A stretch of DNA of 38,963 bases from Calditrichaceae bacterium (lineage in GTDB: Bacteria; Calditrichota; Calditrichia; Calditrichales; JBFXGD01). Positions within the stretch are counted from its first letter, which is position 1. Each line of letters starts with the position of its first letter. Of the stretch, positions 1-10,355 are shown piece by piece. Under the pieces are notes generated by a model. It ran no database searches and was not told the DNA's origin. It was given only the letters and a program-made list of their open reading frames with translations. A program made the position numbers and the translations under genes. The DNA lies in NCBI GenBank assembly GCA_050178385.1, contig JBFXGD010000017.1, positions 1 through 38,963 on the forward strand. The letters are read 5' to 3'.

Positions 1-539
1 AGAACCAGACCCATTTTTGAAAAATCCGTGCGAAGGGCTTCGTTTACTCTATTTGAGAATTCATTCCGCTTCGTAAAAATATCCTCAACCGTGAAAGTGC
101 CGATCACTTCACGCACCATGCTATCAAGAACGGTTGTGGAGACTTCCAGAATACCCTCGGTTCCGCGGCTTAAAAAGTTGGTTATGGCGAGATATAATGA
201 ATAATCACCGGTATCAATTTTTACCTGTGCTGTAAATTCCGCCGTGATAGGAATACCGTTCCGGGACAGTACTTCGGGAATTTTGGCGCCGACTGGTATT
301 ACCTCAATAGGCAGCCTTTCTACTCTCTGGGTAAAGGGATTCACAAGAGCGCCCCCGCCGATTCTGTATTTGAATCCGATCTCATGTTGAATTCCGTCGG
401 GTGAAGTGACAAAATTTTTTCGTCCCCCTGAAATTATTAAGATTTCATTAGGCCCTACTTTCTGGTATTGCCGAAACATAAAAAAGCCCAGAATAAGTAC
501 CAGAATGACGACGCCAATCAAGAAAAATACTGAATCCAT
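1..539 (-). CDS. Flotillin/SPFH domain membrane protein (3' end runs off the window)
   Basis: Not in the ORF track; translated by hand. ATG at 539 with GGAGG RBS. MDSVFFLIGVVILVLILGFF TM anchor, then YQKVGPNEILIISG, GGGALVNP, VREVIGTFTVEDIF and DFSKMGLV, all typical flotillin SPFH motifs. Frame is open to base 1. Confidence 0.88.
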   Translation of the reverse strand, partial: MDSVFFLIGVVILVLILGFFMFRQYQKVGPNEILIISGGRKNFVTSPDGIQHEIGFKYRIGGGALVNPFTQRVERLPIEVIPVGAKIPEVLSRNGIPITAEFTAQVKIDTGDYSLYLAITNFLSRGTEGILEVSTTVLDSMVREVIGTFTVEDIFTKRNEFSNRVNEALRTDFSKMGLV

Positions 540-990
540 CAATGCCTCCTACTCATCTAAAGCATGTTAAAATGGCGTTTATTGGAATTTTTTATTATCA
601 TTCTATCCCAAGACAGATAAAAATTAAAACACGGTTCAATACACAAAATATACAAATCTGAAAGCAATTAATTCCATTATAATTTAAATTTTTTTTCACA
701 TACTTTTTACTTTGATAATTCATACAGTCATAAAAAATGGGAATAATAATTTCCGGACAATACATTTTATAAATTGTAGAAATTATTCAATATCGTTAGT
801 TATTGTTTCTATATGATTTGAGATGCGGACAAAACATCAATTTTAAAATTACACCGTGTCTGAACCGGAATTACAAAAATGAATAAATCATTGAGATTAT
901 GAATTTTTAATCATGGGATTTTTTTTATCATTTTTCCGAAATCACTACCGCGGCGCAAAACCCTGGTATTTTAGATTAAAACAGGAGGTA

Positions 991-2397
991 TTATTCTTTG
1001 TCTGGCGGTATGAGATCAGTCAGAGCCGATTTTAACTCCGTCTCTTCTGCACTGCTCACAGTTCTCAGATCTATCAGCACTGCGTCATCTTCAAGTCGCA
1101 CAAATACAGGCACCGCGCGGGTTCTGAGTTTTTTTGCCAGTTTCTCAGGGCGAAGAAGCTTAGATTTAATTTGCATTACATATGATGGAAGTGGCATTAA
1201 GGGGTAGGCTCCGCTTCCCACTTTCCCTGACGACGGAATGATTTGTATGATTTTCTTTACTGCTTCGGGTAATTCTGCTGTGAATCTATCGCAGCGTATT
1301 TTTAAATCTTCTGCCTCTGACGTAAGAGATTGAAGCGCATCCAACTTATTAAGGACGGAATCCCCCTCCAAATATTGAATCAATGTTTTCTGCAGGAGAC
1401 TGATCATGATTTTATCCAGCCTTAAAGCTCTCAGCAAATGATTTTTGGCGCATTTCTGAATCCAGTATCTCTTCCCGACAATTATACCTGCCTGCGGGCC
1501 TCCGAGCAGTTTATCACCGGAAAAAGAGACAATATCGATATCCGTGGCAATGATCTCAGAAACAACCGGTTCTGAATCCGATCCGAATTTTATCGTATCC
1601 ACCAGCGATCCGCTTCCAAGATCATAGATCACCGGGATATTATGTTTTTTTCCCAAATCAACAATTTCTTTAAGTTCCGGTTTTTGTGAAAATCCCTTTA
1701 CTTCATAATTACTCGGATGGCAGATTAATATGGCGGCAGTCCGTTCATTAATTGCTTCTTTGTAGTCATCAAGATGTGTTTTATTTGTGGTCCCGACTTC
1801 ATGAAGTTTACAACCGCTCATTTTTATTACTTCAGGCATGCGGAAAGCGCCGCCAATCTCAATCATCTCGCCGCGAGAGAGTATAACTTCCTTACGATTT
1901 CCAACGGTATTGAGCATAAGCATCACGGCAGCAGCATTATTATTAACGGCAAAACCATCTTCAGCCCCTGTTAAGATGCTGAGCAATCGAGACAAATGAT
2001 CGTTACGCTGTCCCCTTCTGCCGTTTTCCAACTGTATTTCCAGGTTGGTATAACGGCCGATTTGATGTAAATTTTTCAGCAATTCAGGATTAAGAGGCGC
2101 CCTGCCCAGTCCTGTATGAAGGACAACTCCCGTCGCGTTTATTACCGGTGCTAAGGAACCCCGTAATAACGCCTTAATTTCTGAAGTCATTGCAATGATG
2201 ATCTCATCCCGGAGATTTTCACGGCTTTTTTGGGATATCTTGTATTGTTTCGGGCGGGACCTGATCTCATCCAGATGCGCTTGGATGATTCTCTTGAGAT
2301 AAAGATGATCAACACCGGGAAACGATTCGGAAAGTTTTTCAAGAAACCAGCTTACAGAAGGTATTTTCTGTAGTTCAATTTTTCCGGTGTTACTCAT
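991..2397 (-). CDS. selA: L-seryl-tRNA(Sec) selenium transferase (selenocysteine synthase)
   Basis: PVINATGVVLHTGLGRAP, VNNNAAAV, SRGEMIEIGGAFRMP, EVGTTNKTH and PLP-lysine motif FSGDKLLGGPQAG. Confidence 0.96.
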   Translation of the reverse strand: MSNTGKIELQKIPSVSWFLEKLSESFPGVDHLYLKRIIQAHLDEIRSRPKQYKISQKSRENLRDEIIIAMTSEIKALLRGSLAPVINATGVVLHTGLGRAPLNPELLKNLHQIGRYTNLEIQLENGRRGQRNDHLSRLLSILTGAEDGFAVNNNAAAVMLMLNTVGNRKEVILSRGEMIEIGGAFRMPEVIKMSGCKLHEVGTTNKTHLDDYKEAINERTAAILICHPSNYEVKGFSQKPELKEIVDLGKKHNIPVIYDLGSGSLVDTIKFGSDSEPVVSEIIATDIDIVSFSGDKLLGGPQAGIIVGKRYWIQKCAKNHLLRALRLDKIMISLLQKTLIQYLEGDSVLNKLDALQSLTSEAEDLKIRCDRFTAELPEAVKKIIQIIPSSGKVGSGAYPLMPLPSYVMQIKSKLLRPEKLAKKLRTRAVPVFVRLEDDAVLIDLRTVSSAEETELKSALTDLIPPDKE

Positions 2398-2460
2398 CAG
2401 TTATTTATCCTAAAATCCGGATTTTTATTCGGAGTTAAAATATCAGTAAGTGATGCGCAG

Positions 2461-3759
2461 TCATGTTTTATTTATTTGCTTGGGCTGCTCTTCTTTTTTA
2501 ATGATTTTTACCAGTTCTATCCTTCTCCGGTAGACTTTTTCAACAGTAAATTCATAACCGTTCCAGCTTGTTTTCTCTTTAACCTTAGGAACAGATCCAA
2601 ACTGGCTGAGTAAAAATCCCGCAAGAGTCTCGAAGTCTTCTTCGGTTGGAAGATCAAGGTCGAGAGCATCATTAATTTCTTCCAGCTGCATGCTTCCATT
2701 AACAACGAAGGTCTTATCATTGATCACAGTGTAAAGCGGTTTTTCGCGGTCGTATTCGTCCTGTATTTCTCCGACGATCTCCTCGATGACATCTTCAAGT
2801 GTTACAAGACCCGATGTTCCGCCGTACTCATCAACCACAAGAGCCATGTGTATTTTTTCGGCCTGAAATTCTCTGAGCAGCTCATTGATTTTTTTCTGTT
2901 CCGGGACATAATACGGAGGATGAGCCAGCTTCGCGAGATCAAAATCGTCGATGACTTTTCTCTTAATCATCGGCAACAGATCTTTAACGAACAAAATCCC
3001 CACGATATTATCCACGGTATCGGAATATATTGGAATTCTGCTGTGTAATTTATCCTTAACCACCTTAAGAACCTGGTAAAGGCTCGCCCCTTTTTCAAGA
3101 CAGATCATATCCATTCTGGGTACCATGATTTCACGGACGATGGTATCACCCATCTCAAAAATACTATGAATCATTTCTTTTTCATCTTTTTGAAGAGCGC
3201 CTTTTTCAGCGCCGACATCTACTAAAGTTCTGAGTTCATCTTCTGTCAGGCTGAATTTGTCTTTATCTATTGATAATATTTTTGACAACCCATGTGTCAG
3301 GAAGTCAAATAATACTGTAATCGGAAAAAACAAATAGTAGAAGAAAGTTAAAGGATAAGCGAATCTGATCGCAATTTTTCTGCTATTCTTTATCGCGGTC
3401 ACTTTTGGAAGTATTTCACTAAAAAATAAAATAACAATCGTTACCAATACGACATTGATCATCAAGATCAGTATTTTATTCAGATTATACTTTGTTATTA
3501 ACCCGGTCGCCAGAATTGCCGCGAGAGAAGCGGTGGCGACATTCACAACTGTATTTCCTATAATAATGGCGATTAACAGTTTTTTGGGCTCTTTTAATAG
3601 TTGCGCAACCTGCCTTGACATGGCATGTTTGCTATGGGATAGTTTTGCTATTGTGGATTTTGTAAGTGAAAAATAGGCAGTTTCTGAGCCTGAAAAGAAC
3701 GCTGACATCACTAATAACAATAAAAAAACAAGTATATAAAACGACGATGACGGGTCCAA
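2461..3759 (-). CDS. CNNM/DUF21-CBS-CorC_HlyC membrane protein (hemolysin/GldE-like, probable Mg2+ transport)
   Basis: SAFFSGSETAYFSL, SEILPK, VREIMVPR, HSRIPIY, VVDEYGGTSGLVTLEDVIEEIVGEIQDEYD. TTG start with AGGAGG upstream. Confidence 0.93.
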   Translation of the reverse strand: MDPSSSFYILVFLLLLVMSAFFSGSETAYFSLTKSTIAKLSHSKHAMSRQVAQLLKEPKKLLIAIIIGNTVVNVATASLAAILATGLITKYNLNKILILMINVVLVTIVILFFSEILPKVTAIKNSRKIAIRFAYPLTFFYYLFFPITVLFDFLTHGLSKILSIDKDKFSLTEDELRTLVDVGAEKGALQKDEKEMIHSIFEMGDTIVREIMVPRMDMICLEKGASLYQVLKVVKDKLHSRIPIYSDTVDNIVGILFVKDLLPMIKRKVIDDFDLAKLAHPPYYVPEQKKINELLREFQAEKIHMALVVDEYGGTSGLVTLEDVIEEIVGEIQDEYDREKPLYTVINDKTFVVNGSMQLEEINDALDLDLPTEEDFETLAGFLLSQFGSVPKVKEKTSWNGYEFTVEKVYRRRIELVKIIKKEEQPKQINKT

Positions 3760-3900
3760 AACCAGTTATTTCCTCCTGTGTAGGTCCAACTTTGTAAATT
3801 AAAATAGAATTTTTTTTCTTCCGGCCGCATGCCGAAGTTCTTAAAAATTTATTACAAAATTTATATGTATTTATTCAAAAACACAAAAAAATATGTTTTA

Positions 3901-4335
3901 CTATAAAATTCCGGGCAATACCTGTGATTTTACGATTCCCACTAAATGGTTTTCTACCGTTTTCATCTCAGATTGATCATCTTCACTCCGGTCATCATAA
4001 CCTTTTAGATGGAGAAGCCCATGAATCATGAGACGGACAATTTCTTCCTCCGGGCTGACCGAATAAAAATCAGCGTGTTCGATTGCCCTTTCGAAGCTGA
4101 TATAGACTTCCCCTTCAATCTCATCATCACCAAGATCGAAGGTAATCACATCTGTCGGCTCCGGATCATTTAAAAAAGTATCGTGCATTTTTGACAAAGT
4201 CGAGTCATCAACAAAAATAAAATTACAGCTCCCGCCCGAAAATTCCAATTCTGAGCAAACAACATCGCAGACATTCAATAATTGTTCTTCGGTAACTTTT
4301 ATTTCAGGATTAAGCTGGTGTATCTGAATTTCCAT
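3901..4335 (-). CDS. ybeY: rRNA maturation endoribonuclease YbeY
   Basis: PTDVITF, GEVYIS and HGLLHLKGYDD (HxxxHxxGxD). The usual third His of GYDH appears as Asp. Confidence 0.92.
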   Translation of the reverse strand: MEIQIHQLNPEIKVTEEQLLNVCDVVCSELEFSGGSCNFIFVDDSTLSKMHDTFLNDPEPTDVITFDLGDDEIEGEVYISFERAIEHADFYSVSPEEEIVRLMIHGLLHLKGYDDRSEDDQSEMKTVENHLVGIVKSQVLPGIL

Positions 4336-6634
4336 TTTTAGCGACTTTTTCTTTCTCTTCTTTTTGATTATTTGATTTTCCCAAACTTTTTGTTTTATCT
4401 GAATCAGGATAATCGACTCTGTGTTGAAAAACCCCTGAAAGTATCGGCATAAATGCGTCGATTATCATTTTCAGTTCTTTGAATGTCAAATTACTCTCAT
4501 CTAATTCACCATCCTGAAAACGCTGATTGACAAGTGATTCAACAAACGCACGAATTTTTGTAGGAGTCGGATTGCGTATAGTCCTTGTGGCCGCTTCTAC
4601 CGCATCAGCCATCATTACAATTGCCGTCTCTTTTGACTGAGGCTTTGGTCCGGGATATCTGAAATCGGAAGCATATATTTCATCTTTGTCGCTTGCGGCA
4701 TCTAGAGCCTTCTTGTAAAAGTAGGTCATAATATTGGTGCCATGATGCTCAGGGATAAAATCCCTTATAAGCTTCGGAATATTATATTTTTTTGCTAAAT
4801 CGATGCCGTTTTTAACGTGCGAGGCAAGAATAAGGGCGCTCATATTAGGAGATAATTTTGAGTGTCTGTTTTCCGCATCCATCTGATTTTCGACAAAATA
4901 CTCAGGTTTTTCCATCTTGCCTATATCGTGATAATAACTGCCGACCCTTGCGAGTAAGGAATTTGCCCCGATGGCTTTGGCCGCCGATTCAGCCAGGTTT
5001 CCGACAACCATACTATGATGGAAAGTACCCGGCGCCTGCATCGAAAGTTTCTTTAAAAGAGGATGATTCAAATCCGACAATTCCAATAATGTGACATCGG
5101 TGGTTATATCAAACAATCGTTCGAAAATCCCCAGAATCATGAATGCTATGAACGGTGAAAGTATGGCATTGGGTAATAAATTGTATCCAAAGATTTTTGC
5201 GATTTCGGGATATGAATCGAACCGGAGCGCGCTCAAAGCAACGAGAACCCAGAAATAAGCAAAAGTTATAAACATTATAGCCTTGAAAATCTGATTCCGG
5301 TTCCGGATATGATGAACAGAATAGATACCTATCATGCCGCTGACGATTGTAATAAGGGCAATATCGTATCCTCCGCCCTGTATCCCTCCGAGAATAAGCG
5401 CCACAGCGACAGTTCCCACGAAACCGATCCCTGAATCGATCAGAATAGCGAGCAACATTGACGAAATGGTCGTTGGAATCAAATAAGCCGGCCAGTTTAG
5501 CGGCCCTGAAATAACCGCGGCGAGAATCATCTGAATTAAAATGATCATACTGATCATAAGTAATTTTTTATTATCCGCGAAAATTTTCTTGCGATACGAG
5601 AACAGATAAAGCCCGACAATAAATAGCACGGCTCCCAGCAGCATCATTTTTCCCAAAAAGGCAAACAGTATCTGCCAGTTACCTTCCTGATTGCTGCGCT
5701 CTACCTCGGACACTTCAAGAGAATATAGTTTTTGATAAATCTCCGCGTTAATTCGTTCATTTGCATCGACAATGCGTTCGTTTTCATACACCATATCTTT
5801 TGTGAGAGAAACGCTGTTAAACGCATCGTTTTCCGCTCTTTTTGTGAGCGCGTCATCATATATAAGGTTAGGTTGAATGACTTGATTTAACAGGTAGTTT
5901 ATGACGGTTGCCTGATTCGGGTCAAAGTTTTTTTGTGCTATTAGCTCTAACTCCTGCTTAAAAGACAACATGTCATTGCGGGAAATCTCAGGCAGCGACT
6001 CTTCGACTCCATTTTTTAGCACTACAATGTTAGGTCTGGTGACATCTTTTAAGTTAATATTTATTATGCCTGATTTAATATCATCCGCGGCGTTTTTTAA
6101 AATTCTCTGGAATTCATACTTACCGGTTGTATTATTCAGGATATCATATAAAACCATCAAATTTGTTGTGGTGATATTAAGATTAAATTGTTTTTTTACT
6201 CCTGCCTGAATTTGAATCAACGGATTCTTGCTATCCTGCAGGTTTACCAGGTTTTCAATGTTTCCGTTTGGCTTTTTTCTGAGCAGATAGGGTATCAAAT
6301 TAGCCGTCGCGGACTGTACTTTGTTTGTGATGGAATCATCGTAAACAAAATAGTACGGGACTACTTCTATCGCTGCCTTACGCTCTTCCTTCAATTCTTC
6401 TTTTGTCTTAAGCACAAAAAAATTATAAGGTGCGACTACTTTTTTTGTGGCAATGCTTCCAGCCTTCATATCTGTGTATTTAAAGGATTTTTCAGTTGAA
6501 AAAAGCAAAGGTATCACGAAAAGCAAAACTAAAAAATAAGTCAGCTTAATTAATATATCCCTTGCAGGCGATCCGCCAACCTTATATTTATCAAGATTCT
6601 GAATAAACAGATCCCAGTTTTTTTTGATATCCAT
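4310..6634 (-). CDS. pgpH: 7TM-HD family phosphohydrolase, PgpH-like c-di-AMP phosphodiesterase
   Basis: N-terminal TM, large extracellular domain and multi-TM region, then LLELSDLNHPLL, APGTFHHS, YYHDIGK, YFVENQ, EHHGT, FRYPGPKP, MMADAVEAA. Lies immediately upstream of ybeY, a known conserved linkage. Confidence 0.88.
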   Translation of the reverse strand: MDIKKNWDLFIQNLDKYKVGGSPARDILIKLTYFLVLLFVIPLLFSTEKSFKYTDMKAGSIATKKVVAPYNFFVLKTKEELKEERKAAIEVVPYYFVYDDSITNKVQSATANLIPYLLRKKPNGNIENLVNLQDSKNPLIQIQAGVKKQFNLNITTTNLMVLYDILNNTTGKYEFQRILKNAADDIKSGIININLKDVTRPNIVVLKNGVEESLPEISRNDMLSFKQELELIAQKNFDPNQATVINYLLNQVIQPNLIYDDALTKRAENDAFNSVSLTKDMVYENERIVDANERINAEIYQKLYSLEVSEVERSNQEGNWQILFAFLGKMMLLGAVLFIVGLYLFSYRKKIFADNKKLLMISMIILIQMILAAVISGPLNWPAYLIPTTISSMLLAILIDSGIGFVGTVAVALILGGIQGGGYDIALITIVSGMIGIYSVHHIRNRNQIFKAIMFITFAYFWVLVALSALRFDSYPEIAKIFGYNLLPNAILSPFIAFMILGIFERLFDITTDVTLLELSDLNHPLLKKLSMQAPGTFHHSMVVGNLAESAAKAIGANSLLARVGSYYHDIGKMEKPEYFVENQMDAENRHSKLSPNMSALILASHVKNGIDLAKKYNIPKLIRDFIPEHHGTNIMTYFYKKALDAASDKDEIYASDFRYPGPKPQSKETAIVMMADAVEAATRTIRNPTPTKIRAFVESLVNQRFQDGELDESNLTFKELKMIIDAFMPILSGVFQHRVDYPDSDKTKSLGKSNNQKEEKEKVAKNGNSDTPA

Positions 6635-7785
6635 TATAACCTGTCTATATTATTTAACAACTCTCTGTAAATAACTAAACGTTGCACTTCAGAAGTGCCT
6701 TCGCCTATTTCAAGTAGTTTCGCGTCACGCCAGTACCGTTCAACTTCATATTCTTTCATATATCCGTATCCGCCGTGAATTTGAATGGCGTCTTTTGTGA
6801 CATCCATCGCCATTTCTGACGCGAAAAGCTTGGCCATGGCAGCTTCTTTCTTATATGGTTTTCCTTCCTGCTTCAGTTGAGCGGCGTGATAAACCATCAA
6901 TTCGGCTGCTTCGATATTTGTCGCCATGTTGGACAGCATGAATTGTATTGCCTGAAATTTACCGATTTTCTGACCAAATTGTTCTCTTTCCTGCGCATAT
7001 TTTATTGAACGCGAAAAAGCCGCCTTGGCTATTCCCACTGCCTGCGCCGCGATCCCTACGCGGCCTCCGTCAAGCGTTATTAAGAACTGTTTATATCCTT
7101 CGTTTATAGTTCCCAATAGATTTTCTGCCGGGACGCGGCAATCACTAAAATGAAGCATACATGTGGGAGAAGCCCGCATTCCAAGTTTTTTCTCTTTCTT
7201 ACCCACTTCAAATCCAGGCATTCCCCGTTCGATAATAAAACTTGAAATACCCCTTGTGCCGCGAGATTTCTCAGTTACTGCCGTCACCACAAAAATATCC
7301 GCGTATTCCGCGTTAGTAATGTAAATTTTTGAACCGTTTATAATGTAACTGTCGCCATCTTTAACAGCCGTTGTTTTTGTCCCGCCGGCATCACTGCCCG
7401 CTGATGGTTCTGTTAAGCCGAAAGAGCCTATTTTCTCTCCCCTGGCGAGCGGAACCAGATATTTTCGTTTTTGTTCTTCCGTACCGAATTGTTCAATGGG
7501 GACGGAAGCCAGTGAAATGTGCGCAGAATATGACAATGCTGTCGAAGCGCATGCTCCCGCCATTTCTTCCAAAGCAATCATATAAGATACAGCATCCAGA
7601 CCGGCTCCGCCGTATGTCTCCGAGATCGGTAATCCCAAAAGATTCAATTCCGCCATCTTTTTAAAATTTTCTATCGGAAAACGTTCCGTTTCATCAACTT
7701 CAATGGCAATCGGTGCAATTTCATTCTGGGCGAAATTACGCACCATTTTACGAATCATCTGCTGCTCTTCGGTAAACTGTAACAT
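6634..7785 (-). CDS. Acyl-CoA dehydrogenase (short-chain/butyryl-CoA type)
   Basis: [67 protein letters not shown]. Its stop overlaps the next ATG (TAATG). Confidence 0.95.
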   Translation of the reverse strand: MLQFTEEQQMIRKMVRNFAQNEIAPIAIEVDETERFPIENFKKMAELNLLGLPISETYGGAGLDAVSYMIALEEMAGACASTALSYSAHISLASVPIEQFGTEEQKRKYLVPLARGEKIGSFGLTEPSAGSDAGGTKTTAVKDGDSYIINGSKIYITNAEYADIFVVTAVTEKSRGTRGISSFIIERGMPGFEVGKKEKKLGMRASPTCMLHFSDCRVPAENLLGTINEGYKQFLITLDGGRVGIAAQAVGIAKAAFSRSIKYAQEREQFGQKIGKFQAIQFMLSNMATNIEAAELMVYHAAQLKQEGKPYKKEAAMAKLFASEMAMDVTKDAIQIHGGYGYMKEYEVERYWRDAKLLEIGEGTSEVQRLVIYRELLNNIDRL

Positions 7786-7823
7786 GGCTACTCCTTTAGA
7801 GTTTACAAAAATTCCCAGTAATT

Positions 7824-9908
7824 TTATATTTTACCAAACTTTTCTATGTGGTTTTTAATTCCAAATACCAAAAGGACGTCGTATAGTTCCATTTTTGTTT
7901 CACCGCCTGGTTGAATATAAACCGTTTTTGATTCTCCGGCTGTATTTTTTTTCCTTTTGATCAATAAAACTTCAAGATTATATGTTTTTCTAAAATTAAT
8001 TTCTACAAATGACTTGCCTACCAATGTCGCGGGTACATCCAATTCACTGAGGTGATATTGTTCGACGACATGAACGGTTCTTTCACCCGTAAGGTTCTTT
8101 ATGCTCTGGCCAATCTCTCCTGACATATCCCTAAGAAATATTTCGTGGTTATAAGCTTCTATAACATCCATCTGCCATATAGTTCCAACTATTTTTTCGT
8201 CTCCGTTAGACGAAATAACTGCAATCTCATCCAATTCGTTCCGCCCGAACTGTTTCATCACAAAATCAAGATTGTCCGTTTCTTTAACGGTTATAACATT
8301 TGGATTTGACACATCCCGTGCGATGAGAAGATTTTTTAACGTGTCATAATCCATCAGTGTTTGTCGTATTTCATGTATTGAAATATATCCGGTGATGGAA
8401 TTTTGTTTATTCCTGACATAAATATTGTTATGTGATGATTTTACTATTTTTTCAAGCACAATGCTAAACGGATCGCTCTCATAGACCAGCTCTATACTTT
8501 GTTTGACCAGATTAGCTACTTTCAGCGATCTTAAAACGTTAACTTCACGGCCGCCAAAGATATTAATTCCTCGTCTGACCAGCTTCAGGGTATAGATTGA
8601 ATCCTTATGTAATCTTGTTGCAATTAAAGTAGCGATTATAGTTGTAATCATCAATGGGAGAATAATTTTATAATCATTTGTCATTTCAAATATAATGAGA
8701 ATGGCTGTAATCGGCCCGTGTGTAGCAGCCCCGACAACGCCTCCCATCGCCACAAGCGCATACGCGCCGGGTTCCGCAGTCCAATCCGGAAAAATCTGAT
8801 GAACCAGACCGCCAAAAAAAGCCCCCATCATTGCTCCCAGGAACAATGACGGCGCAAATACACCGCCCGATCCGCCTGACCCGAGACTAATGGACGTCGC
8901 AATAATCTTCACGACGATGAGGATAACAGCAATTTTCCAAAGCAGATCGCCGGCCAGAGCCGCGTCAATCGTATCATAACCGACTCCGTAAATTTCAGGG
9001 AATACCAAACCAATCATACCGATCATCAGACCGCCGAGAGCTCCCTTGACATAATCAGGCAGATTTATTTTATCAAAATAATCCTCTGCCCCATACAACA
9101 CTTTTATAAAAGCAAGCGCTGTTAATCCTGCGAGAAATCCAAGAATAATATAATTGAAAATTTCAAACGGTGATGCCAGATTATATTTTGGCACCTGAAA
9201 TGCGGGAAAATCACCCAGATAATGACGTGAAACTATTGTCGCTGAAACAGAAGATATAACGATCGGACTGAATTGCGGAACTGCAAAATCCCCAAGGATT
9301 ATTTCCACAGCGAATAAAGCGCCTGCAACCGGAGCGTTAAAAGCTGCTGCAATCCCCGACGCGGCGCCGCAGGCCACAAATGTCCGCATCCTTTTCGGGT
9401 TCACTTTAAAAAACTGCCCTATGGACGAACCGACGGCAGAACCGATCTGAATAACAGGTCCTTCTCTTCCCACAGAACCGCCGGATGCGATATAAAGCGC
9501 GGAAGAAAATAGTTTTGCAAGAACAACCCTCGGCCGGATAAGTCCATTTCTCAAAGCAATGGCTTCCATAACTTCCGGGACACCATGTCCCTTAGCTTCT
9601 TTCGCGACAAATCTGATGACTAATCCAACAACAAATCCGCCGAAAGATGGAATCAGTATTTTCCAATACCAGGGCACCAGAAGAATGGTATCGAGATTAA
9701 AATCACCACGCCAGAAAAGTCTCTGAAATTCTTTGATGGTGAATTGGATAAATACAGCGCCGTATCCTCCAAGAAGTCCTATCAGAACCGCAATGACCAG
9801 TACAAACGAATGCTCTGTCATTTTTGCGCGATCAATGAAATTCAGAACTTTTTTAGCTGTATTCCTGATTATTTTATGAAAAATTGCGGCAGGTTCATAT
9901 TGATCCAT
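7824..9908 (-). CDS. ClC family chloride channel/transporter with two CBS domains and a C-terminal RCK_C (TrkA-C) domain
   Basis: [35 protein letters not shown] pair, then [24 protein letters not shown] (RCK_C-like). Start uncertain (9923 GTG, 9908 ATG or 9821 ATG). Confidence 0.9.
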   Translation of the reverse strand: MDQYEPAAIFHKIIRNTAKKVLNFIDRAKMTEHSFVLVIAVLIGLLGGYGAVFIQFTIKEFQRLFWRGDFNLDTILLVPWYWKILIPSFGGFVVGLVIRFVAKEAKGHGVPEVMEAIALRNGLIRPRVVLAKLFSSALYIASGGSVGREGPVIQIGSAVGSSIGQFFKVNPKRMRTFVACGAASGIAAAFNAPVAGALFAVEIILGDFAVPQFSPIVISSVSATIVSRHYLGDFPAFQVPKYNLASPFEIFNYIILGFLAGLTALAFIKVLYGAEDYFDKINLPDYVKGALGGLMIGMIGLVFPEIYGVGYDTIDAALAGDLLWKIAVILIVVKIIATSISLGSGGSGGVFAPSLFLGAMMGAFFGGLVHQIFPDWTAEPGAYALVAMGGVVGAATHGPITAILIIFEMTNDYKIILPLMITTIIATLIATRLHKDSIYTLKLVRRGINIFGGREVNVLRSLKVANLVKQSIELVYESDPFSIVLEKIVKSSHNNIYVRNKQNSITGYISIHEIRQTLMDYDTLKNLLIARDVSNPNVITVKETDNLDFVMKQFGRNELDEIAVISSNGDEKIVGTIWQMDVIEAYNHEIFLRDMSGEIGQSIKNLTGERTVHVVEQYHLSELDVPATLVGKSFVEINFRKTYNLEVLLIKRKKNTAGESKTVYIQPGGETKMELYDVLLVFGIKNHIEKFGKI

Positions 9909-10278
9909 GAGGAACAGGTTCACTATGTATAGATTTGATCTTATTTCCCTTTTCCAGCAAAACCGCTTTGGGTTTATGCCTAGTTATTTCTTCCGGTGAG
10001 AGATTAACATAAGTTATGATGATCACCAGATCGCCAATCTGCCCAAGACGGGCAGCCGCGCCGTTAAGACATATTTCACCGCTCCCGCGTTTTCCCACAA
10101 TCGCGTACGTTGTAAAACGCGCGCCATTATTTATATTTACTACATCGACCTTTTCATAAGGAAGGATATCCGCCGCGTCCATAAGATCCTGATCAATCGT
10201 AAGGCTGCCCTCATAATTGAGATTGGCGTCCGTAATCGTCGCGCGGTGCAGTTTCGATTTTAATAGTGTACGTTCCAT
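9895..10278 (-). CDS. panD: Aspartate 1-decarboxylase proenzyme
   Basis: [11 protein letters not shown], self-cleavage site [23 protein letters not shown]. Confidence 0.97.
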   Translation of the reverse strand: MERTLLKSKLHRATITDANLNYEGSLTIDQDLMDAADILPYEKVDVVNINNGARFTTYAIVGKRGSGEICLNGAAARLGQIGDLVIIITYVNLSPEEITRHKPKAVLLEKGNKIKSIHSEPVPHGSI

Positions 10279-10355
10279 TAACCCATGTACCTGCTTATTT
10301 TTTATAAAAACAGATCAATTTAAACAAAATTAACACGTTTTTCAACCGGCAATGC

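Noticed and set aside
541..990. tRNA-Sec (selC) or other RNA gene downstream of selA
   Set aside because: Very AT-rich, with no cloverleaf, T-loop motif or GC-rich stems seen.
3810..3840. Terminator after ybeY
   Set aside because: Imperfect hairpin followed by an A-run, not a U-run, on the transcribed minus strand.
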